Positions 1 through 11,238 of a stretch of DNA of 64,000 nucleotides are shown here, in pieces. The position numbers and the translations under genes are program-made. Under the pieces are notes generated by a model. It was not told the DNA's origin and made no database searches. It saw nothing but the letters and a program-made list of their open reading frames with translations. Each line of letters begins with the position of its first letter. Position 1 is the stretch's first letter. This stretch comes from Alphaproteobacteria bacterium (GTDB lineage Bacteria; Pseudomonadota; Alphaproteobacteria; UBA11136): contig JASLYJ010000001.1 in the NCBI GenBank assembly GCA_030739855.1, positions 6,998-70,997 on the forward strand, read 5' to 3'.

Positions 1-235
1 GGTAACGCTCCTGATTTTCACGTTTGAGATAGTCCAGAAGCCTACGGCGCTTGCCGACCATAATCAGCAATCCCCGCCGCGAGTGGTGATCCTTTTTGTG
101 ATGAGACAGATGCTCGGTGAGATTCTTAATCCTCTCGGAGAGGATGGACACTTGGATTTCCGGAGAACCGGTATCCCCTTTTCCCGTGGCAAACTCATTG
201 ATGAGTTCCTGTTTGCGCTCGGTAGTAATCGACAT
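1..235 (-). CDS. rpsO: 30S ribosomal protein S15, 3' end cut by window edge (first ~78 codons present)
   Basis: Reverse-complement from ATG at 235 translates [77 protein letters not shown], a canonical S15 sequence. It sits upstream of truB as in the conserved nusA-infB-rbfA-truB-rpsO order. Confidence 0.85.
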   Translation of the reverse strand, partial: MSITTERKQELINEFATGKGDTGSPEIQVSILSERIKNLTEHLSHHKKDHHSRRGLLIMVGKRRRLLDYLKRENQERY

Positions 236-259
236 CGGTCTATTTCCTTGTCATTCGCG

Positions 260-1240
260 CTAAAAGTTGAAAACCCGGAAAGGATGCACCCGCCCCTCCT
301 CACATCGGACCAGAGCCACCAGCTTGTCGCCACACACAGCACACGCCTCCGTGTGGCCCCCTCTAAGCTTCTCGAGCAAATCCGGGGAAAGGTCCTCTAT
401 GAGAACCAACGGGCTTTCTGGGCCGTATGACGCAGGCCGGACCTTGACTTTGAACAAGGGCACGGCCTGACCATTCTTGAGGCATCGCGCCTGATCTTCG
501 GTCAAGGCCAGTGCCGGGATGTCGTCCAGCACGGTTGAAACCGGAAGCACATGCCCCAAAAACGCGCCAATATGCCCTAGGCTTTCCGGGGAATCCAGTG
601 AAATCGCATCCTTTTCACAAAAGGGACCGACTCGGGTCCTGCGCAAGGCTGAAACGTGACCCAACGCACCTAATTGCCGCGCCAAATCCCGCGCTAGACT
701 ACGTATGTAGGTGCCTCTTCCACAAGACACTCTGAATGTTGCATGATCGCAATCTGGGATCTCCAGAAGCTCAAAATTTTCCACATGAATGAGGCGTGGA
801 GACAGGTTCATCTTCTTGCCTTTTCGCGCCAAATCATAGGCGCGGCGGCCGTCTACCTTGACCGCAGAAAAGGCTGGCGGGATTTGTTCTATGTCGCCAA
901 TAAAATCCTTAAGTGCTTTTTTAATATTATTTTTTTCAGGACGGACGGAACTCGTTTGAGTAACCCTACCTTCGGTGTCATCGCTGTCACGAGCCTCTCC
1001 CCAAACGATGGTGAAACTATATTCTTTCAATCCATCCATCACATAAGAAACAGTTTTGGTAGCTTCGCCCAAGGCGATGGGAAGAATGCCCGTGGCTAGG
1101 GGATCGAGAGTTCCGACATGGCCTGCCTTGGCAGCGCCTGTGAGCCCCTTGACTTGGCTCACCACCCGGCTCGATGTCACGCCTTGGGCCTTATCCACCA
1201 CAAGCCAGCCGTGGATGGGCTTTCCTTTGTTTTTAGGCAT
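260..1240 (-). CDS. truB: tRNA pseudouridine(55) synthase TruB
   Basis: ORF 260..1405 contains the TruB core (GTLDPLATGILPIALGEATK, PPAFSAVKVDGRRAYDLAR). The likely start is the internal ATG at 1240 (MPKNKGKPIHGWLVVDK), which abuts the rbfA stop (1233-1235). Confidence 0.88.
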   Translation of the reverse strand: MPKNKGKPIHGWLVVDKAQGVTSSRVVSQVKGLTGAAKAGHVGTLDPLATGILPIALGEATKTVSYVMDGLKEYSFTIVWGEARDSDDTEGRVTQTSSVRPEKNNIKKALKDFIGDIEQIPPAFSAVKVDGRRAYDLARKGKKMNLSPRLIHVENFELLEIPDCDHATFRVSCGRGTYIRSLARDLARQLGALGHVSALRRTRVGPFCEKDAISLDSPESLGHIGAFLGHVLPVSTVLDDIPALALTEDQARCLKNGQAVPLFKVKVRPASYGPESPLVLIEDLSPDLLEKLRGGHTEACAVCGDKLVALVRCEEGRVHPFRVFNF

Positions 1241-1622
1241 TTTCGCTTTCTGCTCTCCCCGGTTTGTGCCGCAACAAATCATCAAGATGATCGGCGTTAT
1301 CGAAGGTAGTATCAAACTTGAAGACGAGCCTCGGCACGTAGCGCAGGCGCAGATCATGGGCGAGTTGGCGGCGGAAATATGGCACCGCCCGGCCCAGCGC
1401 GGCAATCAGCGTCTCCGTGCCGCCACCACCAAGCCGGGTAACAAAAACCGTGGCATTACGAAGATCGGGGCTGAGGCGAACCTCCGTCACGGTTACGCAG
1501 GCGTCCCGTAGATCGGGATCATGCATGTCGCTATGCTTGAATATGTCGGCCAGGGCGTGGCGGATTTCCTCACCCACGCGAAGCTGGCGTGAACTAGGTT
1601 CCCGGCTGTATTTTCGGATCAT
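1233..1622 (-). CDS. rbfA: ribosome-binding factor A
   Basis: RbfA family sequence (RQLRVGEEIRHALADIF...VTVTEVRLSPDLRNATVFV). ATG at 1622 has a GGAAGGT ribosome-binding site; the ORF extends to 1688. Confidence 0.85.
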   Translation of the reverse strand: MIRKYSREPSSRQLRVGEEIRHALADIFKHSDMHDPDLRDACVTVTEVRLSPDLRNATVFVTRLGGGGTETLIAALGRAVPYFRRQLAHDLRLRYVPRLVFKFDTTFDNADHLDDLLRHKPGRAESENA

Positions 1623-1724
1623 GGACGTTTTACCTTCCGGCGGGTCGGTCTGAGGCCTTGAACGGTCCATAAGACGCCACACAAACAAGGCAACGTGGTC
1701 ACAAAAGCCTCTTGGGGGATCCGA

Positions 1725-4220
1725 TCAAATGGTGCGCGCCACCTCTTCGGTCTCGAAACATTCAATTACGTCACCCGCCTGGATATCCTGGTAGTTGGCC
1801 AAAGTTAAGCCGCACTCGTTGCCTTCTTTAATTTCATTAATTTCGTCCTTGAAGTGCTTGAGGCTGGACAGATCGCCTTCGTGAACAACTACGCTGTCGC
1901 GCAGAAGGCGCACTTTCGCCCCGCGCTTGGCCACGCCCTCGATCACCATACAGCCTGCCACCTTGCCCACCTTGCTGATGGAAAAGACTTCGCGGATTTC
2001 GATATTGCCGAGAAAGTTTTCCTGTACGGTGGGTGGTAACATGCCACTCATCATCGCCTTAATGTCATCGATTACATTGTAAATGATCGAATAATAGCGG
2101 ATTTCCACATGGTCGCGCTTGGCAAGATTACGGGCCTGTGGATTGGCGCGGACGTTAAACCCGATGATCGGAGCATTGGACGCCTTTGCGAGAGTCACGT
2201 CTGATTCGTTGATCCCGGCTACGCCAGAATGAAGCACGTGGACCCTAATTTCATCGGTAGCCAGTTTATGGAGGTTGGTGGCGATAGCCTCTACCGAACC
2301 TTGGACATCACCCTTGACGATGACGGGCAGTTCTTTACCCTCGCCTTCGACGCGTTCAACCAGCATCTCTTCTATGGAGCCGCGTTCATCACCAGCGCCA
2401 GCAATGAGGCGGTTCTGACGGGTTCGGTATTCAACTACCTCACGGGCACGGGCCTCGTTTTCCACAACTACGAAGTGATCTCCGGCCAACGGCGCCCCGG
2501 AAAGGCCCAATACTTCCACCGGCGTTGCTGGGCCTGCTTCCTTTGTATGCTTACCCTTGTCATCTGCCAGCGTCCGCACCTTGCCCCATTCCGCCCCGGC
2601 AACGAAAATGTCGCCCACGTGGAGCGTGCCGCGCGCCACCAGAACCGTGGCAACCGGTCCCTGGCCCCTTTCCACCCGTGCCTCGACGACAGTGCCTTCG
2701 GCGGGGCGGTCCGGGTTGGCCTTAAGTTCGAGAATCTCCGCCTGTAACAAGATGGCTTCCTCAAGCTTGTCAAGATTAGTCTTTTTCTTGGCCGAGACCT
2801 CTACGGCAAGAACCTCACCGCTCATCTCCTCCACCACGATGCCATGCTGGAGAAGTTCAGTACGCACGCGGTCAGGGTCGGCTCCGGGGGCGTCGATCTT
2901 GTTGATGGCAATAATGATGGGGACCTCGGCCGCATTAGCGTGATTTATGGCCTCCAGGGTCTGGTCCATGATGCCATCATCGGCAGCCACCACTAGAATG
3001 ACAATGTCGGTAACATGGGCCCCTCGGGCACGCATGTCAGTAAAGGCCTCGTGGCCCGGTGTGTCGAGGAAAGTGATTTGTCCTCCAGATTTCGGCGCCA
3101 CCTGATAGGCACCGATATGCTGGGTGATGCCGCCGGTTTCACCGGCGACCACATCGGTCTGCCGCAGAGCGTCCAGAAGCGACGTCTTACCGTGATCTAC
3201 ATGTCCCATCACCGTAACCACCGGCGGACGCGGCTTCAGACTTTCCTTCGCGTCTTCTTCGCCTCTAATGTTGATTTCCACATCGGCGTCGCTGACACGC
3301 CTGACCTTGTGCCCGAACTCGGCTACCACAAGTTCCGCCGTATCACTGTCAATGGATTCGTTGATGGTGGCCATGACATCCATCTTCATTAAGATCTTGA
3401 TGACGTCGTTGGCGCGTTCGGCCATACGGTTGGCCAGATCGGTAATAATAATATGATCCGGCACCACCACCTCGCGAACGAATTTTTGCGTGGGTTCAGA
3501 ACCAGTGCTCTTGGCACGCTGTTTTTCCTTTTCTTTCTCGCGTGCACGTCGCACTGCCGCCAAGGAGCGTGCCCGCTGTCCGCTGCCGTCCTCCAGAGCC
3601 TGGCTGATGGTGAGCTTACCTTCGCGGCGGCGCATCTGCTGCGGACGGCGTTCCATCTTACGGGGGGCCTCCTGGCCCCGCCTAGCGCGGCCATGGGATT
3701 TATCCTTGTGTTTGCTTGTTTGTTCGGGCGCAGGTTCGGACTCCGCGACCACTTCCCGAGACATCTCAAGGGCCTCTGGGGGCGCCTCTCCCCCGGATGG
3801 AACTTCAGTCGCCGTTTCGTTTTCCGGAAAGGGCGTCGGCTCATCTCCTATCCTGGGTGCAAAAACTTCCTCGGCCTTTTTGGCCGCAGCTGCTTGTCGA
3901 GCATCTTGAAGCACGCTGGAACGAGTAGCCTCTTCCTCTTTGGTAAGGGCTCCCAATCCAGTGGCCCCCCGAAGGCGGCCACTGGTGGTGGTGGCGGGCT
4001 CCTGGGAGGCTTCCTGCTCCTGCCGGATTTCAGCCATTTTACCGCTCTTATCCCGGGTATAAAGGCGCTTGCGTTTGACCTCGACAGTCACCGCGCGCGA
4101 CCGGCCGTGGGAGAAGCTTTGCCTCACCTGACCCGTCTCCACCGTCTTTTTCATCTCCAGGGTTCCCGGATGTGAAAGACGTAAAGACTTGCTTTTCTTG
4201 CTATCACTGTCCTCAGTCAT
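1725..4220 (-). CDS. infB: translation initiation factor IF-2
   Basis: 831-aa ORF with the IF-2 GTPase domain ([28 protein letters not shown]) and conserved C-terminal domains. Position in the nusA-infB operon fits. Confidence 0.95.
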   Translation of the reverse strand: MTEDSDSKKSKSLRLSHPGTLEMKKTVETGQVRQSFSHGRSRAVTVEVKRKRLYTRDKSGKMAEIRQEQEASQEPATTTSGRLRGATGLGALTKEEEATRSSVLQDARQAAAAKKAEEVFAPRIGDEPTPFPENETATEVPSGGEAPPEALEMSREVVAESEPAPEQTSKHKDKSHGRARRGQEAPRKMERRPQQMRRREGKLTISQALEDGSGQRARSLAAVRRAREKEKEKQRAKSTGSEPTQKFVREVVVPDHIIITDLANRMAERANDVIKILMKMDVMATINESIDSDTAELVVAEFGHKVRRVSDADVEINIRGEEDAKESLKPRPPVVTVMGHVDHGKTSLLDALRQTDVVAGETGGITQHIGAYQVAPKSGGQITFLDTPGHEAFTDMRARGAHVTDIVILVVAADDGIMDQTLEAINHANAAEVPIIIAINKIDAPGADPDRVRTELLQHGIVVEEMSGEVLAVEVSAKKKTNLDKLEEAILLQAEILELKANPDRPAEGTVVEARVERGQGPVATVLVARGTLHVGDIFVAGAEWGKVRTLADDKGKHTKEAGPATPVEVLGLSGAPLAGDHFVVVENEARAREVVEYRTRQNRLIAGAGDERGSIEEMLVERVEGEGKELPVIVKGDVQGSVEAIATNLHKLATDEIRVHVLHSGVAGINESDVTLAKASNAPIIGFNVRANPQARNLAKRDHVEIRYYSIIYNVIDDIKAMMSGMLPPTVQENFLGNIEIREVFSISKVGKVAGCMVIEGVAKRGAKVRLLRDSVVVHEGDLSSLKHFKDEINEIKEGNECGLTLANYQDIQAGDVIECFETEEVARTI

Positions 4221-4241
4221 ATTGCCGTTTTCGATGATCCC

Positions 4242-5849
4242 CTATTTCTGACCATGTTCTGCGGAACTTTTTTCAGCGCCCGCTCCTTCTTCACTGGATT
4301 CATCCTGATTCCCAGATTCATCCCGAGGCTCGTCATCAAACCAATGGGCGCGAGCGGCCATGATGGTCTCGTTGGCTTGGTCCTCGTTGAGTTTGATGAC
4401 TCCGAGAATCTCGCGCAGTTCGTCACTAGCGAGATCAGCAAGATTGTCAAGGGATTTAATCCCGCTCTCTCCCAGTGTCACCAGATGTTCGAGAGTTATA
4501 TGGGGCATTTCCAACAATTCATCGGAGACGCCGAGCTTGTCACGCTTTTTGTTCAGTTCCTCATCTCTTTCGTTCAGATAATCGCGAGCACGTCCGCGTA
4601 ACTCTTCGGACATGGATTCATCAAAGCCCTCAATCCCAGCCAAATTTTCTTCTGGCACAAAGGCTACCTCTTCCACCGTTGAGAACCCTTCCGTCACTAG
4701 TAAATGGGCGATCACCTCATCTATATTCAGTGCCTCTATAAACATCTGTGAAAGGGTATGGAATTCCTCCTGGCGGCGCTCGGATTCTTCTTCCTCAGTA
4801 AGGATATCGATATCCCAGCTGGTAAGAATGGAGGCAAGCCGCACGTTCTGGCCGCGTCGTCCGATGGCGAGGCTAAGTTGATCATCGGGGATCACCATTG
4901 CAATGCGATGGGTTGCTTCGTCGATAACCACCTTGATTACCTCAGCCGGCGCTAGAGCGTTAACCACAAATGTCGCTGTGTCGGGAGACCAAGGAATAAT
5001 GTCGATCTTTTCGCCCTGCAATTCACTAACCACAGCTTGGACACGGCTGCCGCGCATACCCACACAGGCGCCCACAGGATCTATTCCAGAATCATTAGAA
5101 AGGACGGCGATCTTGGCCCGGCTTCCGGGGTCGCGAGCCACTGATTTTATCTCGATGATTCCATCATAGATTTCCGGTACTTCTTGCGCGAACAGTTTAG
5201 CCATAAACTGGGGATGGGCACGTGAAAGAAAAATCTGCGGGCCCCGCGTCTCCTCGCATACATCGTAGATATAAGCGCGCACACGGTCGGTCCTGCGGAA
5301 GGTTTCCCGGCTCAGAAGTTCCTCGCGACGGATAATGGCCTCACCACGGCCAAGATCGACAACCACGTTGCCAAATTCCACCCGTTTCACTACACCGTTG
5401 ACAATCTCACCAACCCGATCCTTGTATTCTTTATACTGGCGCGCGCGCTCGGCTTCCCGAACTCTTTGTACGATCACCTGTTTGGCAGTCTGGGCAGCAA
5501 TGCGACCAAAATCTATGGGTGGAAGAGAATCTGACAAGAAATCACCAACCTTAGCGTCGGCCTTAGTCTCTTTCGCCGCCTCAAGAGTCATCTGGGTGGC
5601 TTCGTTTTCCACCTCGTCCACCACCTCCCGCCGACGCTCAAGATGGATCTCTCCAGTGTCGCGGTTCACATCGGCGTGGATATCGAATTCGTGTCCGTAT
5701 TTCGAACGGCCAGCCTTCGCGATCGCCATTTCCATAGCCTCTAGAACCTCCTCACGTTCGATGCCCTTTTCACGAGCCACTGCGTCGGCGACCTGGATGA
5801 GATCGGCTAGTTCGGATGCGGGTGCCGTTGCTTCCATATTTTCCGCCAT
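4242..5849 (-). CDS. nusA: transcription termination/antitermination factor NusA
   Basis: 535-aa ORF with NusA N-terminal domain plus S1 and KH domains (RAKIAVLSNDSGIDPVGACVGMRGSRVQAV) and C-terminal acidic repeats. Confidence 0.95.
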   Translation of the reverse strand: MAENMEATAPASELADLIQVADAVAREKGIEREEVLEAMEMAIAKAGRSKYGHEFDIHADVNRDTGEIHLERRREVVDEVENEATQMTLEAAKETKADAKVGDFLSDSLPPIDFGRIAAQTAKQVIVQRVREAERARQYKEYKDRVGEIVNGVVKRVEFGNVVVDLGRGEAIIRREELLSRETFRRTDRVRAYIYDVCEETRGPQIFLSRAHPQFMAKLFAQEVPEIYDGIIEIKSVARDPGSRAKIAVLSNDSGIDPVGACVGMRGSRVQAVVSELQGEKIDIIPWSPDTATFVVNALAPAEVIKVVIDEATHRIAMVIPDDQLSLAIGRRGQNVRLASILTSWDIDILTEEEESERRQEEFHTLSQMFIEALNIDEVIAHLLVTEGFSTVEEVAFVPEENLAGIEGFDESMSEELRGRARDYLNERDEELNKKRDKLGVSDELLEMPHITLEHLVTLGESGIKSLDNLADLASDELREILGVIKLNEDQANETIMAARAHWFDDEPRDESGNQDESSEEGAGAEKSSAEHGQK

Positions 5850-5860
5850 TTTTTAGTTCT

Positions 5861-6364
5861 CTACTGCTTCCCTGGTACGGCTAGTAATTCGTCTTTCATC
5901 ACAAGTTTAGCGCTGCGGATACCCGGAAAGGGAACCTGCCATTCTCCATCATCCAGCACAATCCGCACTTTGTCACCGGCGAGACCCAGGAGACATCCCC
6001 GGAAATGCCGTCTTCCATTAAGCAGCTCATGGGTTTCGATTTTTATCTCGAACCCGGCAAACCGTTCGAAATCTCCTAGCCGCACAAGGGGACGATCCAG
6101 CCCTGGCGAGGATACTTCAAGGTTATACGACCTCCTGATGGGATCCTCCACATCAAGTACGGTGGAGACATTGCGGCTGATAGCGACGCAATCATCTACC
6201 GTCATGGCCTCTCCATCCTGGCGCTCGGCCATCACCTGCAGTACTTCTCCGTCGCCGCTTCCTTGTATCAAGGCGCGAACCAGTCTGTAGCCCATGGCTT
6301 CCACCGTCGGCGTGATTAGGCGTTCAATACGGCCCACAAGAATATCGGCGTCTTTCTGTCCCAT
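5861..6364 (-). CDS. rimP: ribosome maturation factor RimP
   Basis: RimP family (LEVSSPGLDRPL motif) immediately upstream of nusA. ATG at 6364 (MGQKDADILVGRIERL) is preferred over the extended ORF start at 6418. Confidence 0.85.
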   Translation of the reverse strand: MGQKDADILVGRIERLITPTVEAMGYRLVRALIQGSGDGEVLQVMAERQDGEAMTVDDCVAISRNVSTVLDVEDPIRRSYNLEVSSPGLDRPLVRLGDFERFAGFEIKIETHELLNGRRHFRGCLLGLAGDKVRIVLDDGEWQVPFPGIRSAKLVMKDELLAVPGKQ

Positions 6365-6390
6365 GGAACACGTCAAAAATAACATGGCCA

Positions 6391-6420
6391 AAAATAAAAG
6401 AGTGGGCCATCGGCCCACTG
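6391..6420 (-). terminator. putative rho-independent terminator after trmB (GC hairpin plus U-tract on minus strand)
   Basis: Minus strand reads GCAGTGGGCC-GATG-GCCCACTC followed by TTTTATTTTTGG: a perfect 8-bp GC-rich stem with a T-run. It lies 113 nt downstream of the trmB stop. Confidence 0.4.
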
Positions 6421-6532
6421 CAAAAGCCCGATTGGGCTTAACAGAATTTCCTCGGAATGTAGCCTATTTTGCCACGTCTGCAAGTATTTTCGAGATAAGT
6501 ACTCTTGCTTTAATATCAACACCCCTTTGTTT

Positions 6533-7267
6533 TTACGTAGCGGTCAAGCGGGGCAGGCGACGGAACCTCAAATAAATGCACCGCCGCCCAGCTCGAAGGG
6601 CCTTGGTCTCATAGCGGGTCCCGGGCCAATCCGGCGTCCGTTGCCACCAGTGGGAGCAGCCTTGCGCCAACCATTGAAAGGCCTCGTGGCGACACAACCG
6701 TTCGAGCATCCAACGAATATAGTCGTGATCGTCTGAAGCCAGCCGCAGCTCCGCATCATCTTTCATGGCCCGGGCAATGGCATCGATGGTGCGGGAAGAA
6801 ACCAAACGTCTTTTGGCATGCCGTTTCTTCGGCCAGGGATCGGGGAACAGAATGAAGACCCGGCCCAGAGATGCCTCAGCCAGACAATCAAGAAGGATCC
6901 GCCCGTCATCTGGGAAAATACGGATATTGGCTAGGCCCTCATGTTGGATTTTTGCCAACAGACTCGCCACCCCATTGATGAAGGGTTCGCAGCCAAGAAA
7001 CCCTGTTTTCTGGTATCTCCCTGCCTGAGCCACCAAATGCTCGCCACTGCCGAAACCAATTTCCAGCCATGTTTCGGCGGGAGAATCAGGAAACAATGTA
7101 GCGGGATCAAGCGCCCCTTGGTCAGGAAGGACGATGGAGAATCGCGGCAGGAGGGTGTCGATCAATTCCCGACGGCCGGGACGCAGAGGACGTCCACGCC
7201 TGCGACCGTAGAGAATGCGCGCCTGTTCCAGGGGAACATCACAATGATGGTGACCATTACGGGCCAT
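6533..7267 (-). CDS. trmB: tRNA (guanine46-N7)-methyltransferase
   Basis: 244-aa ORF with the TrmB SAM-methyltransferase fold (LEIGFGSGEHLV, FPDPWPKKRHAKRR). Confidence 0.9.
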   Translation of the reverse strand: MARNGHHHCDVPLEQARILYGRRRGRPLRPGRRELIDTLLPRFSIVLPDQGALDPATLFPDSPAETWLEIGFGSGEHLVAQAGRYQKTGFLGCEPFINGVASLLAKIQHEGLANIRIFPDDGRILLDCLAEASLGRVFILFPDPWPKKRHAKRRLVSSRTIDAIARAMKDDAELRLASDDHDYIRWMLERLCRHEAFQWLAQGCSHWWQRTPDWPGTRYETKALRAGRRCIYLRFRRLPRLTAT

Positions 7268-7322
7268 AGACTGAGGTGCCCCCCCACGTGGTTAAAGTGC
7301 TGAAGGCTCTAGCGCGTGGATT

Positions 7323-8498
7323 TTAACCAAAGGCGGAAGATAGTTCATCCACAAGATCTGTGCGTTCCCACGAAAAGCCACCGTCTTCTTCCGGTTGGCG
7401 CCCGAAATGGCCGTAAGCGGCGGTACGGGTATAAATGGGTTGGGACAGGCCGAGATGCTCGCGGATACCACGTGGGGAAAGGTCCACCATCTCCTGAAGG
7501 ATGTCGGACAGTCTGACCTCATCCATCCTGCCGGTGCCGTGGGTCTCCACATCAACTGAGATCGGGCGCGAGACACCGATAGCGTACGCGAGTTGGATGG
7601 TGCAGCGCTCCGCCAGTTCTGCAGCAACCACGTTCTTGGCCAGATAGCGTGCAACATAGGCCGCCGAACGGTCTACCTTCGTCGGGTCCTTGCCCGAAAA
7701 AGCACCACCACCATGGGGTGCGGCGCCCCCATAGGTGTCAACGATGATCTTGCGGCCGGTAAGTCCCGAATCCCCGACAGGACCGCCAATAACGAACCGC
7801 CCCGTGGGATTAACGAAGAAATTCTCCTCGCCACACATCCATCCCTCCGGCAGGACATTGACAACATAGGGACGAACGATCTCGCGTACCTGGTCCTGGT
7901 CGAGTTCATCAGCATGCTGGGTGGAAACTACCACGGCGGTGGTCCGGACTGGTTTGTTGTCTTCGTATTGCAGGCTAACCTGACTTTTGGAATCGGGGCC
8001 GATGTCGGGGATCGCGCCAGAATGGCGGGCCTCAGCCAGTGATTGCAGAATTTGATGAGAGTAATGGATGGGAGCGGGCATTAGAACGTCAGTCTCGCGA
8101 CAAGCATAGCCGAACATCATGCCTTGGTCGCCGGCGCCTTCGTCCTTGTTGCCGGCGGCATCAACGCCCACAGCAATATCGACGGACTGAGTATGGATAT
8201 GATTTTCGACCTTCACGGTTTCCCAGTGGAAACCCTCCTGCTCGTATCCAATTTCCTTAATCGCGGCACGCGCTGCTTTCTCGATAAGCTCCCGGGTTAC
8301 AGTATTGGGACCACGCACTTCGCCGGTAAGAACCAAAAGGTCAGTGGTAACCAGTGTTTCGCAGGCCACCCTGGAAAGTGGATCGGCTCCTAGATAAACG
8401 TCGAGAACTGTGTCGGAGACACGGTCGCAAATCTTGTCAGGATGCCCTTCGGATACTGATTCGCTTGTAAAGACGTATTCGGAATGGGTCAAATTCAT
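7323..8498 (-). CDS. metK: S-adenosylmethionine synthetase
   Basis: 391-aa ORF with MetK signature motifs ([31 protein letters not shown]). AAGGGGG ribosome-binding site before the ATG. Confidence 0.95.
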   Translation of the reverse strand: MNLTHSEYVFTSESVSEGHPDKICDRVSDTVLDVYLGADPLSRVACETLVTTDLLVLTGEVRGPNTVTRELIEKAARAAIKEIGYEQEGFHWETVKVENHIHTQSVDIAVGVDAAGNKDEGAGDQGMMFGYACRETDVLMPAPIHYSHQILQSLAEARHSGAIPDIGPDSKSQVSLQYEDNKPVRTTAVVVSTQHADELDQDQVREIVRPYVVNVLPEGWMCGEENFFVNPTGRFVIGGPVGDSGLTGRKIIVDTYGGAAPHGGGAFSGKDPTKVDRSAAYVARYLAKNVVAAELAERCTIQLAYAIGVSRPISVDVETHGTGRMDEVRLSDILQEMVDLSPRGIREHLGLSQPIYTRTAAYGHFGRQPEEDGGFSWERTDLVDELSSAFG

Positions 8499-8617
8499 CC
8501 CCCTTACTATCCTATCAATCTAGCGGAAATTGCCGTTCTGGTTTTTCTGGCACGCTCTTTTTGCAGCCTTTTCAAACACCGTCAAGGTGTTTCGGATAAT
8601 AGGTTTCAAGGAAACCC

Positions 8618-10249
8618 TCATCCCTTGTTCCGGTCTCGCAATACCCTGTCTCTTTTCCCCCTGTACCAAACTGCCACCGCCCCCAGGAATAGCATAGCCA
8701 GCAGGATGAAATCACCGAACCGGCCGTAGACTGTGCTCCCCGACAGCGCTTGAGGCAGGGGACTGTCGATGATCCCCTCGCTACCGAGACCAAGAGAAGC
8801 CACAACCCGACCATAGGAGTCGATAACAGCGGAAATCCCCGTATTTGCCGCTCTTACCAGGGGCAGGCCTTCTTCCACAGCGCGTAGCTGGGCACTGGCG
8901 AAATGCTGGTAGGGCCCTGAAGACAGGCCAAACCATCCGTCATTGGTGACATTGAGAATCCATTGTGGCGGGTCCTTGGCGTCGATCACGTTGCCAGGAA
9001 AAATTACCTCGTAACAAATCAAAGGGCTAAAAGGAGGTAAGCCCGGGAGACGCATGGTCCGCGGTCCCGGACCGGCAGAAAAATCGATTCCGCCGGAGGT
9101 AATTTTGTTTAGGGGCAAAACTGAGCGCAAAGGTACGTATTCACCAAAGGGCACAAGATGAAATTTATCGTAGGTTCCCGAAACCACCCCTTGGCTATCC
9201 ACGGCGGCAATGGAATTCCAAACCTGCTGGGGATAAACATCGGGGGGCGTGGCGCGCGGCATCCCAGTAATGACCAAGCCTCCTGGCGGCGTCACAGCAG
9301 CAATGCGGAATCGCACCGTGGTGTTAAAATCGAGAAAAAAGGGCGCGGCGGTTTCCGGCCAAATTACATAAGTTGTAGCCGCCGGTGCGGATGCGACGAA
9401 TGGATCTTTGACCTGGCTAGATGTCAAAGAGAGGTGTTTCCTCAAATGCGCCTCACGCAGATCTGGCAGCCATTTGTGATTCTGAATGATATTAGGTTGT
9501 ACCAACCGCAATGAAACATCCGGTACCGTGGGGGTCTCCGCCCCTGCCAGGCGGATAGCGCCGCCTGCCCAAACAACCTCAAGCGCAGCAGCAGCAATGA
9601 GAACCGGGGCCAAGTGCAGCCAGTCGATTTTTACTTCCCCAGACTCACTCTTGTCGGCGAGAAGGGCCGGGCTGGATGCACACATAACAGTGAGGAGACT
9701 CAGCCCCCAGACCCCGGTCAAGGCTGCCAGCTGGATCATAGTGTCCGATATGGTCCATACCGTCCCAATAAGGTTCCAGGGGAGGCCGCTAAAGATATGG
9801 CCGCGCAGCCATTCCGCAGCGGTCCACGCCAGCGCCAGCACAACCACTCGCCCTGGTCCTTTGACCCGGCTCTGAAATACTCCCCAGGCGGCAAAACCTG
9901 GGAAGACGGCTAAGATCGCACTTAGGCCCACCACCGCGAAGGGTATCATCCAGCCATAACGTTCAGGATCGGTGAGCAACGCCAGGGCAATCCAATAGAT
10001 CCCTGTCACGAAATGACCCAGCCCGAACCACCAGCCCAAGGAAAATGCCGTGCGCGACCGCTCTACACCGTCCAGCAGCCACACCAGACCAGGAAAGGAA
10101 ACGAGGAGCGCCGGGAGCAGGTAGACCGGCGGCAGGGCCAAAGTAGCGAACGCCCCCAGCCCGGCGGCAAACCACTGTCGGCGCCATCCGCGCAAGACGG
10201 ACAGCCGGCCAGCACAACGATGGAGGGCCCCCATCATAGCTAAAACCAT
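8618..10249 (-). CDS. lnt: apolipoprotein N-acyltransferase
   Basis: Multi-transmembrane N-terminus plus a C-N hydrolase domain (WPETAAPFF, LICYEVIFP). ORF runs to 10324, but the ATG at 10249 sits just after the corC stop (10254-10256), giving a coupled start. Confidence 0.82.
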   Translation of the reverse strand: MVLAMMGALHRCAGRLSVLRGWRRQWFAAGLGAFATLALPPVYLLPALLVSFPGLVWLLDGVERSRTAFSLGWWFGLGHFVTGIYWIALALLTDPERYGWMIPFAVVGLSAILAVFPGFAAWGVFQSRVKGPGRVVVLALAWTAAEWLRGHIFSGLPWNLIGTVWTISDTMIQLAALTGVWGLSLLTVMCASSPALLADKSESGEVKIDWLHLAPVLIAAAALEVVWAGGAIRLAGAETPTVPDVSLRLVQPNIIQNHKWLPDLREAHLRKHLSLTSSQVKDPFVASAPAATTYVIWPETAAPFFLDFNTTVRFRIAAVTPPGGLVITGMPRATPPDVYPQQVWNSIAAVDSQGVVSGTYDKFHLVPFGEYVPLRSVLPLNKITSGGIDFSAGPGPRTMRLPGLPPFSPLICYEVIFPGNVIDAKDPPQWILNVTNDGWFGLSSGPYQHFASAQLRAVEEGLPLVRAANTGISAVIDSYGRVVASLGLGSEGIIDSPLPQALSGSTVYGRFGDFILLAMLFLGAVAVWYRGKRDRVLRDRNKG

Positions 10250-10253
10250 GCGT

Positions 10254-11177
10254 TCATTTAGTCCCGATGGAACCATTGGTAGCGGTGGCACCCGGCGCAA
10301 GACCGGAAACGTGTTCCGCGTCACCAGGCTGAGCTAACACTCCGGCTACGCGGATTCTCAGAAACCTGATGCGCCGCGGATCAGCATCTAGAATTTCGAA
10401 TTCGTGACCTCTTGAATGACAGATAACCTCGCCGCGCCCTGGCACCCGACCAGCAAGAAAAAAAACGAGGCCGCCCAGAGTATCAATGTCTTCTTCTCGT
10501 TCCTCGGCGGTGAGGATGGGGCTGGCCTGCTTCTCGAACTCAGCAATGGAGATGCGTGCATCAGCATCGTAACACCCCGTAGCACGCCGGATTAGGATCG
10601 GTGTTTCCCTGGAATCGTGTTCGTCCTCTATTTCACCGACAATTTCCTCCACCAGATCCTCGACAGTGACGATTCCGTCCACGCCGCCATATTCATCCAC
10701 CACCATGGCCATGTGGATATGGGTCAGCCGCATCTCCAGAAGAAGGTCAAGAACACGCATGGAAGGGGTGGCGAACAGCATTTTGCGAACAATCTTGTTA
10801 AGGCTGAACCCATTCCCAGGCTTTCCGCGCCAAGCCAAGACATCTTTAATATGGACCATGCCGCGTACGTCGTCCAAAGTCTCGCGGTAGACGGGCATGC
10901 GGGAATGCCCCTCGGCGCTCATGAGATTCACCAGATCATCAAACGAGGCTTCGACCTCCACCGCCACGATATCGGCGCGCGGTACCATCACATCATGAAT
11001 GGTGACATCATGGAGCTTCAGAATATTACCAAGTAGAACCCTGGCGTCATAATCGATCTTCGTCGGTTCCGACTCCTGTTCGTCGATGATCTCTTCCAGC
11101 GTTTCCCTCAGCGGGCTTTCGCCTTCCCTGAGCCTGAACAGAGCGCACAAACGCGACCATACTCGGCCCAATATCAT
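10254..11177 (-). CDS. corC: CBS/CorC_HlyC-domain magnesium/cobalt efflux protein (CorC/TlyC family)
   Basis: 307-aa ORF with tandem CBS domains and a C-terminal CorC_HlyC transporter-associated domain. Conserved ybeY-corC-lnt context. Confidence 0.8.
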   Translation of the reverse strand: MILGRVWSRLCALFRLREGESPLRETLEEIIDEQESEPTKIDYDARVLLGNILKLHDVTIHDVMVPRADIVAVEVEASFDDLVNLMSAEGHSRMPVYRETLDDVRGMVHIKDVLAWRGKPGNGFSLNKIVRKMLFATPSMRVLDLLLEMRLTHIHMAMVVDEYGGVDGIVTVEDLVEEIVGEIEDEHDSRETPILIRRATGCYDADARISIAEFEKQASPILTAEEREEDIDTLGGLVFFLAGRVPGRGEVICHSRGHEFEILDADPRRIRFLRIRVAGVLAQPGDAEHVSGLAPGATATNGSIGTK

Positions 11178-11238
11178 AAGGTCGGAATCCTTCGAGGATC
11201 AACTACCCCCATTCGGACGCCGGGGGAAAGTAGCTGGT

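Noticed and set aside
64-430. ORFs 64..342 (-) and 83..430 (+) at the window start
   Set aside because: They overlap the real rpsO (minus, 1..235) and the truB 3' end in the wrong frames. Neither translation resembles a known protein, whereas the rpsO frame gives a canonical S15 sequence.
3453-4175. 240-aa plus-strand ORF antisense to infB, and similar long antisense ORFs within other genes: 47251..48078 in dnaK, 36656..37462 in pstA, 54506..55144 in the LpoA-like gene, 39370..39975 in phoU, 25543.. region in murJ
   Set aside because: They lie entirely inside well-conserved genes on the opposite strand. Their compositions are low-complexity Arg/Ala/Ser-rich, typical of spurious antisense ORFs in high-GC DNA.
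8499-8617. Possible SAM riboswitch in the 119-nt metK leader
   Set aside because: A small hairpin (AAACACC-N5-GGTGTTT) is present. I could not recognise the conserved SAM-II/SAM-V pseudoknot elements by eye, so I make no riboswitch call; a covariance-model scan (Rfam RF00521 and RF01826) would be decisive.
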